Source: a virus
Lineage: Duplodnaviria; Caudoviricetes
Direction: 5' to 3' (one strand)
Virus record (IMG/VR): IMGVR_UViG_3300037484_000435
Span: 320,001 to 384,000 of that record
DNA: 64,000 nt
Position numbers and translations under genes: made by a program. This document shows positions 46,386 to 56,474 of this stretch, piece after piece. Below the pieces are notes generated by a model that saw only the letters and a list, made by a program, of their open reading frames with translations, was not told where the DNA came from and did not search any database. The number at the start of each line of letters is the position of its first letter. The stretch's first letter is position 1.

Positions 46386-47307
46386 CAGTCACAAACCTCC
46401 TAAAAATTTCGTATTTCCTAGTAAGCCTTAGGCACTCAGAGTTATATAAATATCTAAGAATCCTTACCGCTCGATCTCCATTTACAGTATATGTAAATAT
46501 ATTGCCAAGCTTAACTAAATTAGCAATGTAATGATTATTTGGAGGCATGTGAGTATCCATAAAAACTTTGATAAAGGACATTGTCTGCTCTGTCCCTGCC
46601 CAACTTGCCCTCAACAGCTTTTTTGAGCCGCCCTTTTGAATACTAATACACCCATCCCCATCAAGAAGTCCTAGAATAAAAGCACGTTGGCATTCAACGT
46701 TTAAGTGGGTAGGTGGCTTCAAAGTAAGTGACTTAACGGGAGTAATCAAAAAATTTTGTTTTAAATCACTCACCCAGAACCCTCCACAAAAATCAAGTCT
46801 AAGCATATGGCTCCCAGTTTTATGGATTGGGCCCGTGAATTTCGTGAGCCCAACAATCTTCTCAAGATAATCTCGGTCTCGCTCATGAATATGGATGTTA
46901 ACAACCTTATTTTTTTGAATACACCCATCGCTGGCTATAAAACCAGCAACTTGACTATTTAGGGCGGTTGGGATGGCAAAAAATTTATAGTCATAGGAAT
47001 AAGTAATCCTCCCATCTGGTCTAGTCCCTACCAAGCCTAAGTATTTTATTTTATGATTTACATCAGTAGGTGTCCTTCCTGTAAGTTTATTAGATATTTG
47101 CTTATCTGTCATTACTAAGTAATTCTCAAGAAGAAAGGATTCTTCATCTGATGTCCATCTCTGATTCTTCAGAACCTTTAACTTACTTAAGCGTACATAG
47201 ACACTTGGTACTCCTCGACCTAGTATATTAGCTATTTCCTTCACAGTGTACAGTGTTCTATTATTTTTTAGAAATTCAATCTCTTGATTGGTCCAAGGCC
47301 CACTCAT
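46378..47307 (-). CDS. LAGLIDADG homing endonuclease with two Myb-like repeats
   Basis: WTNQEI and WTSDEE repeats; SQVAGFIASDG and FILGLLDGDG. Confidence 0.85.
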   Translation of the reverse strand: MSGPWTNQEIEFLKNNRTLYTVKEIANILGRGVPSVYVRLSKLKVLKNQRWTSDEESFLLENYLVMTDKQISNKLTGRTPTDVNHKIKYLGLVGTRPDGRITYSYDYKFFAIPTALNSQVAGFIASDGCIQKNKVVNIHIHERDRDYLEKIVGLTKFTGPIHKTGSHMLRLDFCGGFWVSDLKQNFLITPVKSLTLKPPTHLNVECQRAFILGLLDGDGCISIQKGGSKKLLRASWAGTEQTMSFIKVFMDTHMPPNNHYIANLVKLGNIFTYTVNGDRAVRILRYLYNSECLRLTRKYEIFRRFVTDV

Positions 47308-47312
47308 AGAAT

Positions 47313-49337
47313 CTACTCCTCCTCATAAGAACCTTCTTCTTGTTCTAGAAGGCTAGATAATAAAACTTCCTCGTTCTCTTTTTCCCGCTTCAATACGGAC
47401 AAAACCTGTTGCATCTTAGCAATGTCGGATAACGATAAATCACCAAATGTATTAGCCAAAGACGCAGCTTGTCTAATCTCCTCTTTGACCGTTTTGGTCT
47501 CCTTCTTGATAACGTGTTTTGTCTTACCTTCGGGGGTTGCAGGTGCCGGTGTTTTTGGTGAGGGCTGGCCCTTAGGACGCCCCTCACTAGGAGTACCAGA
47601 TGGGGTTTTCTGAGTAGGTTGCACATCCCCACCACCTCCAGCAGATTTCTGGTAAGGTGAACCAATGATACCAATATCCCCGTCAACAACAGACTGCTTT
47701 TCCTTTTTCATCATTTTCTTTTCGTATCCTGGGTCAAAACCAAGTAACTTGAGAACGGTCTCGTAAGAAGCTATGCGTCGGTCTACGATCCCCATTAGGA
47801 GGGTCTTTATTGCAAGCTCATCTTTAAGAACGAACGTATCCCAACGAACCGTCGGGTATCGTTTGAACCCGTAAGACTCAGCAATCAGGCTATATTCTCT
47901 ATAAAGCCAACGAGTTACTTGCCGACGTGCATAGTTTATCAAAGCAGTTAGTGATTTAACTGATAAACTTAGAGCCTCTTTGCTGGTAGACCCAATCATA
48001 ACTCCATCCAGTAAGGCACGTGGAACCCGCATAGAACCAGAGATATCAACTTCAGCCTGCTCAAATTTCTTAGCCCCAAAAATCTGGTCTATATTTTCTA
48101 TCGGCAAACGTTTAACCGACAGGGTATGATTCCAGAATACACCAAAGGACTTCTGTGCCGTATTAAATAAATCAGCTACTGCTTGTATCTCTTCTTCATC
48201 TGTAACAGGAAAATCTTTATCACCAATAGTAACAACAAGAATTTCAGATGTGATACCATCTATGGTACTGTAATCCGCTTCCCTAAGTGCTTCCTTATAT
48301 TCAACAGCTTCCAAGGCTCTCACCATAGGATTGATGGCGTATTTTTCATAAGGCATCCTTCTGTTATCTATGGCCCCCACACAATCTGGATCCAGCTCTA
48401 CATCTTCTCCACTCTTAATAGCGGACTTAATTTCTGGAGGAAGATTATCTAGGACATTTTTTTCTGCAGGGGTCAGGGCACCCTTAACTTCTTCACGCTT
48501 AACTAATTGTTCTAACTCAGGAGATATCCTTAACACTACCCTAGTCTGATTAAATACTGGAGGACCAACCAATTCTATCTCAGTCGGATTCAACACTGTG
48601 TAAGCAATAGGTATAAAACCTTTAGACCACCTTTTCTTTCGTTCCGCATATTCAAACTTTTCCTCATCCGCTTGTTTATCCAGAACTTCTCCCATTTCCC
48701 ATAAACGTTTGTTAATTTCATACTCCTCATCAGATTCCCCCTGAGCCTTTTTGGGAGCCATAGGTTCTGGGGGAGTATCCACTGGTGATAAACGGTTTGT
48801 TTGTGGTTCATACTTTCCTAATACCTTATAGGTACGCACAAAACCTGAACGGAAAAACTCATGGAATATCCATTCCAAAACTTCCTCCATATCTACATCT
48901 TGACACCAGTTATCATAGAACTCCTTAACCTTCATGTCTTCACAATCATTCTCAAAGCCTGAGATAGATAAGTCACATAAGACATCTACATAAGAACCAA
49001 ACACATCTTTAGACCTATAATAGGACCTGATACGCTCATAGATTTTATGCGGGGGTTCATTAACAACGTCTGGTTTAGTCAGGTCCAAATCAGAACGAAG
49101 TAAATAATCTCGATACATAACGGAGGCTCGTGCCTTATGTTTAGTATGATATTCTTCTGGAACACCCGCCACTGTGCCTTGGTTTTTTAAAGATGCTAAT
49201 TTAACAGGTTTAAATATGTAATGTTTCTTGCCTTCCCCTGCATCTACAACGGTGGCCAATTCAGCACCGGGATAGTCCTTTATATAATCAGCAACTTCTT
49301 TTTTAGCCGCATTCAGCGGATTTTTCTTTCTAGCCAT
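47313..49337 (-). CDS. Portal protein (probable)
   Basis: 674 aa directly after TerL. It has helical portal-like segments (FHEFFRSGFVRTY; PYEKYAINPMVRALE) and a low-complexity C-terminus. Confidence 0.72.
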   Translation of the reverse strand: MARKKNPLNAAKKEVADYIKDYPGAELATVVDAGEGKKHYIFKPVKLASLKNQGTVAGVPEEYHTKHKARASVMYRDYLLRSDLDLTKPDVVNEPPHKIYERIRSYYRSKDVFGSYVDVLCDLSISGFENDCEDMKVKEFYDNWCQDVDMEEVLEWIFHEFFRSGFVRTYKVLGKYEPQTNRLSPVDTPPEPMAPKKAQGESDEEYEINKRLWEMGEVLDKQADEEKFEYAERKKRWSKGFIPIAYTVLNPTEIELVGPPVFNQTRVVLRISPELEQLVKREEVKGALTPAEKNVLDNLPPEIKSAIKSGEDVELDPDCVGAIDNRRMPYEKYAINPMVRALEAVEYKEALREADYSTIDGITSEILVVTIGDKDFPVTDEEEIQAVADLFNTAQKSFGVFWNHTLSVKRLPIENIDQIFGAKKFEQAEVDISGSMRVPRALLDGVMIGSTSKEALSLSVKSLTALINYARRQVTRWLYREYSLIAESYGFKRYPTVRWDTFVLKDELAIKTLLMGIVDRRIASYETVLKLLGFDPGYEKKMMKKEKQSVVDGDIGIIGSPYQKSAGGGGDVQPTQKTPSGTPSEGRPKGQPSPKTPAPATPEGKTKHVIKKETKTVKEEIRQAASLANTFGDLSLSDIAKMQQVLSVLKREKENEEVLLSSLLEQEEGSYEEE

Positions 49338-49357
49338 TTTCTATCATCTCCTTTTAA

Positions 49358-51130
49358 TTACCACATCCCGTAAGAACCGCCACGCGGTGTTATAATACCC
49401 ATAAGAGGCATCCTTTTAACAGGCCCTAATAACTTCTTTGTCATCGTATAAGTCACAAAACATAACATCAACCAAGCGGAATAAAGGTCCTTATGTCTAA
49501 CAAACCCACCACCAGTTTTAGGTAAATCATAGTGGGTCCTACCAGTTCTTGTCTCGCTCGGCTCTATACTTATGATTTGATTCATCATCTGGACAATAGT
49601 CTGGTAATCTGTGTGCTTTGCATTCAAAGCCTTATCTGAGGAATCTCCCTCCATAGATATAGTAGGAAAGGCAATTTCTCTTTTTTGTAACATCCCATAC
49701 GCGTATTGGTGAGCATCATCCAACCACGTAGGGCTAAAATCAATTTTCTGCAAAATATGTCGTCCTTTCTGCCCTCGGTAAGATTCATCATCCATATCAA
49801 ATATAGGAGCATAATTGGTACCATCTTTAGAAGTCAAACCTTTTGCTAAATAATCTATTATCTGAAGACCGCCACCGCCTGCGTCTGCCACAATGTGGAT
49901 GGGGTTAAATAAACGAGCCAACTCAAACAATCTCTCAACCATATCGGGGGTAAATGCGTCTTTCCCAAAATACTGCTCGGCCCTCACCACCTTCATTCCA
50001 GCATGGAGGTCATACTCAGCGATAACAATAGCCATAGCATCATTAACTCTGGCTGTGTCAAACGCCATAATATAAGTTTTTCCGGGTAATCCACTAGAAA
50101 GTATCTTTAAGGAATTATCTTTACACTTATCAACGTCGGAAGCTTTAAAGAACCCACCAGAATCTGATATCCACGCGGCTTCATATTCCATACGAAACTG
50201 TAGTGAGGACATATCTCGTTTAGCATCTTCAATACCTGCCTTTACTAACCACCCCTCTTCCAGAGACCAGTAAGGAATCTGAAATGTCGCGTAATCCATA
50301 GGATTATCCGTATAGGTTTCATCCAAACCGTCAGAATCTGGCCTCCGTATTCCATGCATACGATCCGAGTATTTACAATATAAACCATAAACCCAGTTGA
50401 AGGAGAAATACCCAGAAAGAAACATATGAATCTGGTTAGCCCCCGAACCCTTGTCCAAAAAAGACAAAAGTTGAGCCTTCTTCTCATCAGAGAAGTTTGA
50501 CGCTAAGATTCTTTTTTTCTCTTTAATAATTCTGACTTGTTTTGTAGGTTCCAAGGCACTAGCACCAAAAGGCCTCAAAACAGTCTGGAAGGTGTCCTCT
50601 GGAATAATGTTCGCCTCATCTAGTATAAGGGTATGCATACGGTTTCCACGAATCCTAGCCCCATCTGCTAATGGTAAGCCTATAATAACAGAGGGATTAT
50701 GCCCAGAAACAGCTTTGAAAACGAGGCGGCAGGAATCATTTGAAATGATGGGGGCACGTTCAGTACAAGCCTGAAGTAATGGGGAACGACTCCAAATCTG
50801 TGTAATTTCTTCAAATATCTGTTTAGACTGTCGAAAAGAAGCCGACATACAACCAACACGTCTACCTGGGTAAAGTAATGCCGTCAAAGTAGCCAAAGTA
50901 GCTGCCCCAAAAGTCTTACCAAAACCACGACATGCAACATTAATACTATTACGTGCACGCCAAATCCTATTTATAACTACTCGTTGTATAGGGGACAGTG
51001 AGAACCAATCGGTCTCTGTCTCTGAAATTGGGTTATAAAGCAAGTCTCTCGCGGCCAACGCGGGGTAACGTCTCCAAGCATCGACCAAATCTTTGCTTGC
51101 TGAAAATATATCTTGGTTTGGTGACCGCAT
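49358..51130 (-). CDS. terL: Terminase large subunit
   Basis: ACRGFGKTF (Walker A), LILDEAN (Walker B), FRMEYEAAW, nuclease MAFDTARVND. Confidence 0.88.
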   Translation of the reverse strand: MRSPNQDIFSASKDLVDAWRRYPALAARDLLYNPISETETDWFSLSPIQRVVINRIWRARNSINVACRGFGKTFGAATLATLTALLYPGRRVGCMSASFRQSKQIFEEITQIWSRSPLLQACTERAPIISNDSCRLVFKAVSGHNPSVIIGLPLADGARIRGNRMHTLILDEANIIPEDTFQTVLRPFGASALEPTKQVRIIKEKKRILASNFSDEKKAQLLSFLDKGSGANQIHMFLSGYFSFNWVYGLYCKYSDRMHGIRRPDSDGLDETYTDNPMDYATFQIPYWSLEEGWLVKAGIEDAKRDMSSLQFRMEYEAAWISDSGGFFKASDVDKCKDNSLKILSSGLPGKTYIMAFDTARVNDAMAIVIAEYDLHAGMKVVRAEQYFGKDAFTPDMVERLFELARLFNPIHIVADAGGGGLQIIDYLAKGLTSKDGTNYAPIFDMDDESYRGQKGRHILQKIDFSPTWLDDAHQYAYGMLQKREIAFPTISMEGDSSDKALNAKHTDYQTIVQMMNQIISIEPSETRTGRTHYDLPKTGGGFVRHKDLYSAWLMLCFVTYTMTKKLLGPVKRMPLMGIITPRGGSYGMW

Positions 51131-51131
51131 A

Positions 51132-51779
51132 TTATCTTATCATCCCATCTACAGTAGTTTGGTACTTATCTGGTCCAGCCTCTTCTGCCTCTTCCTTCTC
51201 CATAATAGCCAACTTTTCTGCAATAGATGCGGTTTCCCCAACCTCATACGCCTCTAATAAATCCAATATAGTAATATTTCCACCAGCCTTGGGGTCTATA
51301 CGCACATTCCTGTTGGTAGCCAAACTATCACTTAAACTTTGGTTCCTTTTCTTAAGTTTATCTATCGTTGCCATCACGTCAACAATAGCAGTCGGATTTG
51401 CCTTTGCCTTAGTTTGAGCATCCGCCAAGAGCCTATCTTCCATAATAATATTCTTACATAACTCCGCAACATTCTGTATGTCAGCGAAAGTAATCTTATC
51501 ATCATTAGAAAGCTCTTTTAGGTGTAGTTTAAGCAATTGTAAAAATCGCTTAGTTTCATCATTACTAAAAACTTTCTTGGTTGGTATAATTACTTCCAAC
51601 ATCTCTGGCGGAATCTCTATCTCGATCTCGGTAGTAATAGCCTTTATCATTTTAGCTTGTTCAGCTGACTGCTTACCTTGACTATATTGACGTAAATTCG
51701 CCCTAGATTTTGGGTTATAATTTTTCGTGTTTGTTTTAGCCTTAGGGGGCCGTCCCCTAGGTCTACCAGTTGTGGCCAT
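51132..51779 (-). CDS. Terminase small subunit candidate
   Basis: Immediately upstream of TerL; basic N-terminus (GRPRGRPPK) followed by helical region. Assignment is by position. Confidence 0.45.
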   Translation of the reverse strand: MATTGRPRGRPPKAKTNTKNYNPKSRANLRQYSQGKQSAEQAKMIKAITTEIEIEIPPEMLEVIIPTKKVFSNDETKRFLQLLKLHLKELSNDDKITFADIQNVAELCKNIIMEDRLLADAQTKAKANPTAIVDVMATIDKLKKRNQSLSDSLATNRNVRIDPKAGGNITILDLLEAYEVGETASIAEKLAIMEKEEAEEAGPDKYQTTVDGMIR

Positions 51780-51780
51780 T

Positions 51781-51969
51781 TTATTCCTCAACCTCGTCAT
51801 AGGGGGCCCAACCTGCTCCTGCTGACTCCTGAAGTTTATCAAAAACTATTTGTAGCTCTGGGTAGTCTTCTTTCCAGTAATGAACTGCCGCAAATAGCTT
51901 GTCTAATTCTACCTCATTCAAAGTAAGCTCCAACTTAAAAGTTTCTGGTACATCTGTAAATTTTCTCAT
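51781..51969 (-). CDS. Hypothetical protein
   Basis: ATG at 51969 overlaps the upstream TAA. Confidence 0.5.
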   Translation of the reverse strand: MRKFTDVPETFKLELTLNEVELDKLFAAVHYWKEDYPELQIVFDKLQESAGAGWAPYDEVEE

Positions 51970-52481
51970 TAATAAATATCCCTCCAATCGTCCATATGAA
52001 AACCTTCCTCTTCTATCGGTGAACCCTTATAAAAACCCTCTTTCATGTCACTCTCGGAACATATATCGTTTGAAGTATTAAATTCATCGTAATTGTCCCT
52101 AATCCATCTACAAATCTCTATCCTACTATACCCACACTTATCCAACCATTCAGCTGTGGTCATCGGAACATCCTTTTCTTTCTTTACTCCACTGTATTGA
52201 TTTAACAAATCAGCTGCGATAGAGTTTTTAGGTTGCTTCTTTGACTCAGATATCTTTTTCCTCACCCCTAAGGGCTTGGGTATCCCTCGGAGGGATTTAG
52301 ATATTTTTTCTTTAGTCTCGTCATCCTTTATCCTGTCCCGCATTTTATCAGCAATCTTATCTTTTGTTTCTTGAGAATGTTGATAACCCGGTTTTCTCCC
52401 ACGCTTTTTCTTATCCACGTTAGCGTAACGTAACTTGCCATCCATAATATCAAAGACGGATTGAATATATGACTCACTCAT
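51969..52481 (-). CDS. NUMOD3-repeat DNA-binding protein
   Basis: GYQHSQETKDKIADKM / DETKEKISKSLRG / VRKKISESKK repeats. Confidence 0.65.
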   Translation of the reverse strand: MSESYIQSVFDIMDGKLRYANVDKKKRGRKPGYQHSQETKDKIADKMRDRIKDDETKEKISKSLRGIPKPLGVRKKISESKKQPKNSIAADLLNQYSGVKKEKDVPMTTAEWLDKCGYSRIEICRWIRDNYDEFNTSNDICSESDMKEGFYKGSPIEEEGFHMDDWRDIY

Positions 52482-52768
52482 TATTCGTCTCCTTCTATCT
52501 TACACAAGTTACCACATTTACTACAGATAACTATATAGGTAATCTTTGATACTGCCATCTCGTGTCCACAAGATTCACACGCGATACCATAACTTCTGGG
52601 AAGGCGGGGCAACTTCCTATTATTACCTATCTGTACTGGCAATTCTGGACCATAAACATCCGCCCATTTCCGGTGTTTGTGGATCATATCACGCCTTTTT
52701 TTGGTCATCTTGGTCCTATCTTCATCGAACATTTCACCCAGACTGGATGATTTTACTATATTTGCCAT
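52481..52768 (-). CDS. Small zinc-ribbon protein
   Basis: CESC...CSKC. Confidence 0.55.
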   Translation of the reverse strand: MANIVKSSSLGEMFDEDRTKMTKKRRDMIHKHRKWADVYGPELPVQIGNNRKLPRLPRSYGIACESCGHEMAVSKITYIVICSKCGNLCKIEGDE

Positions 52769-52772
52769 ATTT

Positions 52773-53048
52773 TTATCCCTTCGCTCTCATTGAATTTTGT
52801 AATGCCTTTAATTCACTAGTTAACTGGTTGACCTGGCTAGCCACGTCTCCCAGAAATTCCTTCTCCCTCCTGGCCTTACTATGCCACTCTTCTGTTGGAT
52901 AAATTTCTATTATAACAGCACTACACCCCTCAGGGCGTTGGTGAGGAGGAACATCCTCCAATTTCTCTTTTAGGGCCCACACAATGGAACCTTCATCATC
53001 AAACCACGCATAACCAGACAGTTCTAATTTGTTTTCTATTTTAGGCAT
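52773..53048 (-). CDS. Hypothetical protein
   Basis: 91-aa ORF in operon. Confidence 0.55.
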   Translation of the reverse strand: MPKIENKLELSGYAWFDDEGSIVWALKEKLEDVPPHQRPEGCSAVIIEIYPTEEWHSKARREKEFLGDVASQVNQLTSELKALQNSMRAKG

Positions 53049-53049
53049 G

Positions 53050-53724
53050 TTACTCTCCTCCTACCACCTTTAATTTTGGATATTGTCCAACTTTACCTGG
53101 AATTAAGTTTAATTCACCTGAGGCTAGGTCTTCGTCGAACCTCCCAACATGCAACCGGGCGTGACAGATCTTACAGAGATAGATACATTTCTCCAATTCT
53201 GGAACAACAATAGAATCCCAATCTTTGGCTGACAACAATGAAATTTGACTCTCTTTAGTAGAAGGATCAAGATGATGACACTCATAAATTTCATAATCTG
53301 TTGATTCTAATTTACAAATGTAACACTGATCACCAAAGTAGTCACCTACCCTAGCACTAAATTTTTGATGTATTTCCTTTAAACGCCGATTATTTTTTAG
53401 ACGACAAAGGTTGCACATTTTATGATTTTCTTCTGCTGGAGATCCACACCGTGTACATCTCCCTTCCTGAATGTATTTTCTGGTCAACTCACCGCTGGAT
53501 TTATTGTGTCTGGTTGAACAATATTCACATCTTGTTTTACCTTCAATTCTATTGTTTGTACCACACTCATTACATATTTGATTATTCTTCCAGACAATTC
53601 TACGGGCTCTCATGCTTTTAGCATTACACTCCTTACACCAACTATGAAGCCCGTCTTTACATTGTTTGGATTTACAAAACTCACCTACATCTTTGGTTAT
53701 CCCACACTTAGGGCATAACTTCAT
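53050..53724 (-). CDS. HNH endonuclease
   Basis: ECHHLDPSTKE...LEKCIYLCKICHARLH plus multiple CxxC motifs; same architecture as 27561-28211. Confidence 0.8.
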   Translation of the reverse strand: MKLCPKCGITKDVGEFCKSKQCKDGLHSWCKECNAKSMRARRIVWKNNQICNECGTNNRIEGKTRCEYCSTRHNKSSGELTRKYIQEGRCTRCGSPAEENHKMCNLCRLKNNRRLKEIHQKFSARVGDYFGDQCYICKLESTDYEIYECHHLDPSTKESQISLLSAKDWDSIVVPELEKCIYLCKICHARLHVGRFDEDLASGELNLIPGKVGQYPKLKVVGGE

Positions 53725-53728
53725 TATC

Positions 53729-54766
53729 TTACTCCTCTAGCTCCATTTGAGCGTAAATCAAACAACCATTCGCGACACTTCGAAGCGGATCTGGATTGGT
53801 TGCTCTACGAATATCACCTATCTCAAATGGAAAATTCTTTGACATAAGTGCAAAGGACATCTTTTCTAGATAGCCCTCTGGTAAACAAGTTCCACCCGCT
53901 ACTACGATAGGAATCTTCGACTCAAATCTGGGCATTTGTGTTAAATCTGTAAATTTCTTTTCCAAAGCATCTACCACATAATTTATAAGTGCATCATAAT
54001 AAATAGAAATTGCTTTCTGTAGTTTATCCTGCGGATTTAACAAATTTATACCAGATTCTTTTTCTGCCTGCACAATTGTTTCTGAAATTTTTTGTTGTTT
54101 AGCAACTGATTTATCTATGTAATCCCCACCACTAGCAATACTAAAAGAGATAAGGTTCTCTCCCATGTGGGTCAAAGAAAGATTGTGCATCCCGGCACCC
54201 GCTGATATTACGATTCCCGTGAGGTCATCATCCAAGAGTTCCGAATAGGCCAGTGCCATGGACTCCAACAACGGCATAGGTTTATAACCTAAACCCGTTA
54301 AAATCTCTGCCATACGGTTCTTGTGGTAGATTATATCGAAGTCTTCATCTACAGGATCCGCAGGGAATGTATACACACAAAGTTCTCCTGCTTTAGAGGC
54401 CCTGCCAACAACTGACTCTATCAACTTAGAAAGCATGCCGAATGTGTTTGCTTCACTATCGCTAAGTACGCCCTTTTTAAGGGGACGCTCCACAGGCTGC
54501 AACCTAATGTTCGCTAGGGAAATTGCGTGTTCTCCTACTATGTAAAATCGGCCCTCTTCTTTTAAAGTAAACGCTCCCTTCTGTTTAAGCATCTGCTCTA
54601 TCATTTTGGTGTTTGCTTTACCCTGTGGAATCATAACGAAGAAGGCATCCCGCTCCGATCTAAACTCCACCTGTCCGTCCTCTTTCATCCGAGCAACTTG
54701 CAAGAATGATGTTCCGACGTCTAGACCCACTCCCAACTTATAATTATTCTCCATAATCTCCTCCAA
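53729..54766 (-). CDS. Actin-fold ATPase (MreB/MamK/FtsA superfamily)
   Basis: Phosphate-1 GLDVGTS, VERPLKKG, connect-1 PLLES.ALAY, phosphate-2 VISAGAG, GGDYID, adenosine VVAGG, connect-2 VANG. Confidence 0.8.
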   Translation of the reverse strand: MEEIMENNYKLGVGLDVGTSFLQVARMKEDGQVEFRSERDAFFVMIPQGKANTKMIEQMLKQKGAFTLKEEGRFYIVGEHAISLANIRLQPVERPLKKGVLSDSEANTFGMLSKLIESVVGRASKAGELCVYTFPADPVDEDFDIIYHKNRMAEILTGLGYKPMPLLESMALAYSELLDDDLTGIVISAGAGMHNLSLTHMGENLISFSIASGGDYIDKSVAKQQKISETIVQAEKESGINLLNPQDKLQKAISIYYDALINYVVDALEKKFTDLTQMPRFESKIPIVVAGGTCLPEGYLEKMSFALMSKNFPFEIGDIRRATNPDPLRSVANGCLIYAQMELEE

Positions 54767-54770
54767 AGTT

Positions 54771-55250
54771 TTAACCTCTCTTCCTTAATTTCTTTAGTTT
54801 TTCAACTTGACTAGTAATATTCTGTCCTTGTGTTACGGTTCCTACAGCGTCTCCAACTGCCTCTATTCCACTTGTATCGATCACATTCACATCAATATCC
54901 TCTAATTTTATAAAGTCTTTCTTTTTAGGTTCAATTTCTTTGCCATTTGGCTCCACAGGAACCTCTCTAATTACCTCCCTTATTACCTCTGGCTGTGCAT
55001 TCATCTTGTCTATCACTTTTTGCTGTTCCAGTATAATCTGGGATAGCTGGTCAATCTTCTTACTTTGATCCAGTGATATCTCTGTCTGTTTAGAAAGTAT
55101 TTCTAATATTTCTTTACTAGGATCGTTTATTATTTCCGCTGGAATCATCTGGGGCTCGGGTAGACCAAGCTTCTTCGCCCGTAAGCGTTCTTCTCTGCGT
55201 ACCTTACGTTTTTCTTCATTATCATTTTCCCAATACATAAATAACACCAT
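54771..55250 (-). CDS. Coiled-coil hypothetical protein
   Basis: Heptad-rich centre; directly upstream of the actin-like gene. Confidence 0.55.
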   Translation of the reverse strand: MVLFMYWENDNEEKRKVRREERLRAKKLGLPEPQMIPAEIINDPSKEILEILSKQTEISLDQSKKIDQLSQIILEQQKVIDKMNAQPEVIREVIREVPVEPNGKEIEPKKKDFIKLEDIDVNVIDTSGIEAVGDAVGTVTQGQNITSQVEKLKKLRKRG

Positions 55251-55254
55251 ACCA

Positions 55255-55599
55255 TTATATTTCTATTCCAAACTTAATCTGTAACACCGCGTCTATAATA
55301 CTAGTTATGACCAAACCTATATAGGATGAGAAGGAACCTAACAGGCCTCCATAAAAAAGGTCCCAAAAAGGGTCTATCTTAAACACATCAAAACCAGTCC
55401 AAGTAATGAATACTCCCGACCAAAAACCTACACATATAACACACATTACCAGTTGGCACAACTTTTTAAGAAACAGGGACTCCTTATTTTTCTCATAAAG
55501 ATTTACAATAAATTCCCGTGCCTCCTGAAAAACTTTCTGCTCAACAATGATGCTAGACATCCAAAATGATATAATCATAAATAAAAAAATACTAAGCAT
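55255..55599 (-). CDS. Small membrane protein with CxxCxxFW motif (DUF1360-like)
   Basis: Three hydrophobic segments; LVMCVICVGFW. Confidence 0.5.
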   Translation of the reverse strand: MLSIFLFMIISFWMSSIIVEQKVFQEAREFIVNLYEKNKESLFLKKLCQLVMCVICVGFWSGVFITWTGFDVFKIDPFWDLFYGGLLGSFSSYIGLVITSIIDAVLQIKFGIEI

Positions 55600-56312
55600 T
55601 ATGTTAAAACCTCTATCCCATTATTCTGTATATAAACAGTATCTTCCGCATGAGCACTAAGTTCATCCGAAGTTATCGTCCACCTGTGGTCAAAAAATAA
55701 TCTACGAATCGGGTAACCATATACTATAGGTTCTATAGTAATAAATTGTCCCTCATTAATAGATTCTTCAGACCTATTATTATAGTTGGGAATCATAGGT
55801 GATTCATGCATCTGGTCCCCTATCCCGTGCCCGTGAAAATAATTACAGGCCCTAAATTTGGGGTCTTGTTCCAAAACAGCTTGAATTAAACCCCCTAAAT
55901 CACCTACACCCATTCCTGCATAGATTTTATTAGATACTGTTGGGACCACACTCATAACTAAGCTGGCTAATTTATGTTTAAGTTCTTCCGCCGAAGGCAT
56001 CGCAATAGTTCGAGCCTTATCAACAAAAACACCTTTATAGCATATCGACATATCTACAGATATTATATGGTCATCCTGAACAACCCTATCTGGGTAACCT
56101 TGTACCACCTCATAATCTATACTGACACTCATATTAAAGGGGAAACCTGCTAACAATAACCCCGATATGGCTCCTCGATCTGCTAAGAACCTACCCACCT
56201 CGATGTTAAGGGCACCTAAATCCTTACCTGCACGGAGGTCACAAAAAATAAGGCCAAAGGCGTCGTTGAGAACGCCCCCAGCCTCTTTCATAATCTCGTA
56301 TTTAGTTTTCAT
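55599..56312 (-). CDS. map: Methionine aminopeptidase-like (M24A)
   Basis: Metal ligands are present: VD...VD, GHGIG..MHE, TIEP, AHAED. The His79-equivalent is Gln. Confidence 0.75.
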   Translation of the reverse strand: MKTKYEIMKEAGGVLNDAFGLIFCDLRAGKDLGALNIEVGRFLADRGAISGLLLAGFPFNMSVSIDYEVVQGYPDRVVQDDHIISVDMSICYKGVFVDKARTIAMPSAEELKHKLASLVMSVVPTVSNKIYAGMGVGDLGGLIQAVLEQDPKFRACNYFHGHGIGDQMHESPMIPNYNNRSEESINEGQFITIEPIVYGYPIRRLFFDHRWTITSDELSAHAEDTVYIQNNGIEVLT

Positions 56313-56472
56313 CTTCCGAATTACGTGAAATAAAATTCGCGTAATCTATCGGTCTAATTCTAGGCGGTTTACGCTCTAAAGCCTCAGACCTAGCTCTACA
56401 TCTCCTACATTGGCAAGTTTCTCCATGACGTTCTTTTTTGTCACGTGATCCGTTCAATCTACCTTTGCCCAT
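56302..56472 (-). CDS. Small basic Cys-containing protein (56 aa)
   Basis: MGKGRLNGSRDKKERHGETCQCRRCRAR...; fills the gap between neighbours; below the ORF-track cutoff. Confidence 0.55.
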   Translation of the reverse strand: MGKGRLNGSRDKKERHGETCQCRRCRARSEALERKPPRIRPIDYANFISRNSEDEN

Positions 56473-56474
56473 AC

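Noticed and set aside
13637-47307. LAGLIDADG ORFs as inteins or intron-encoded genes
   Set aside because: They have their own starts and stops and no Cys/Ser...His-Asn splice termini. Flanking genes are intact and most junctions leave no room for a ribozyme.
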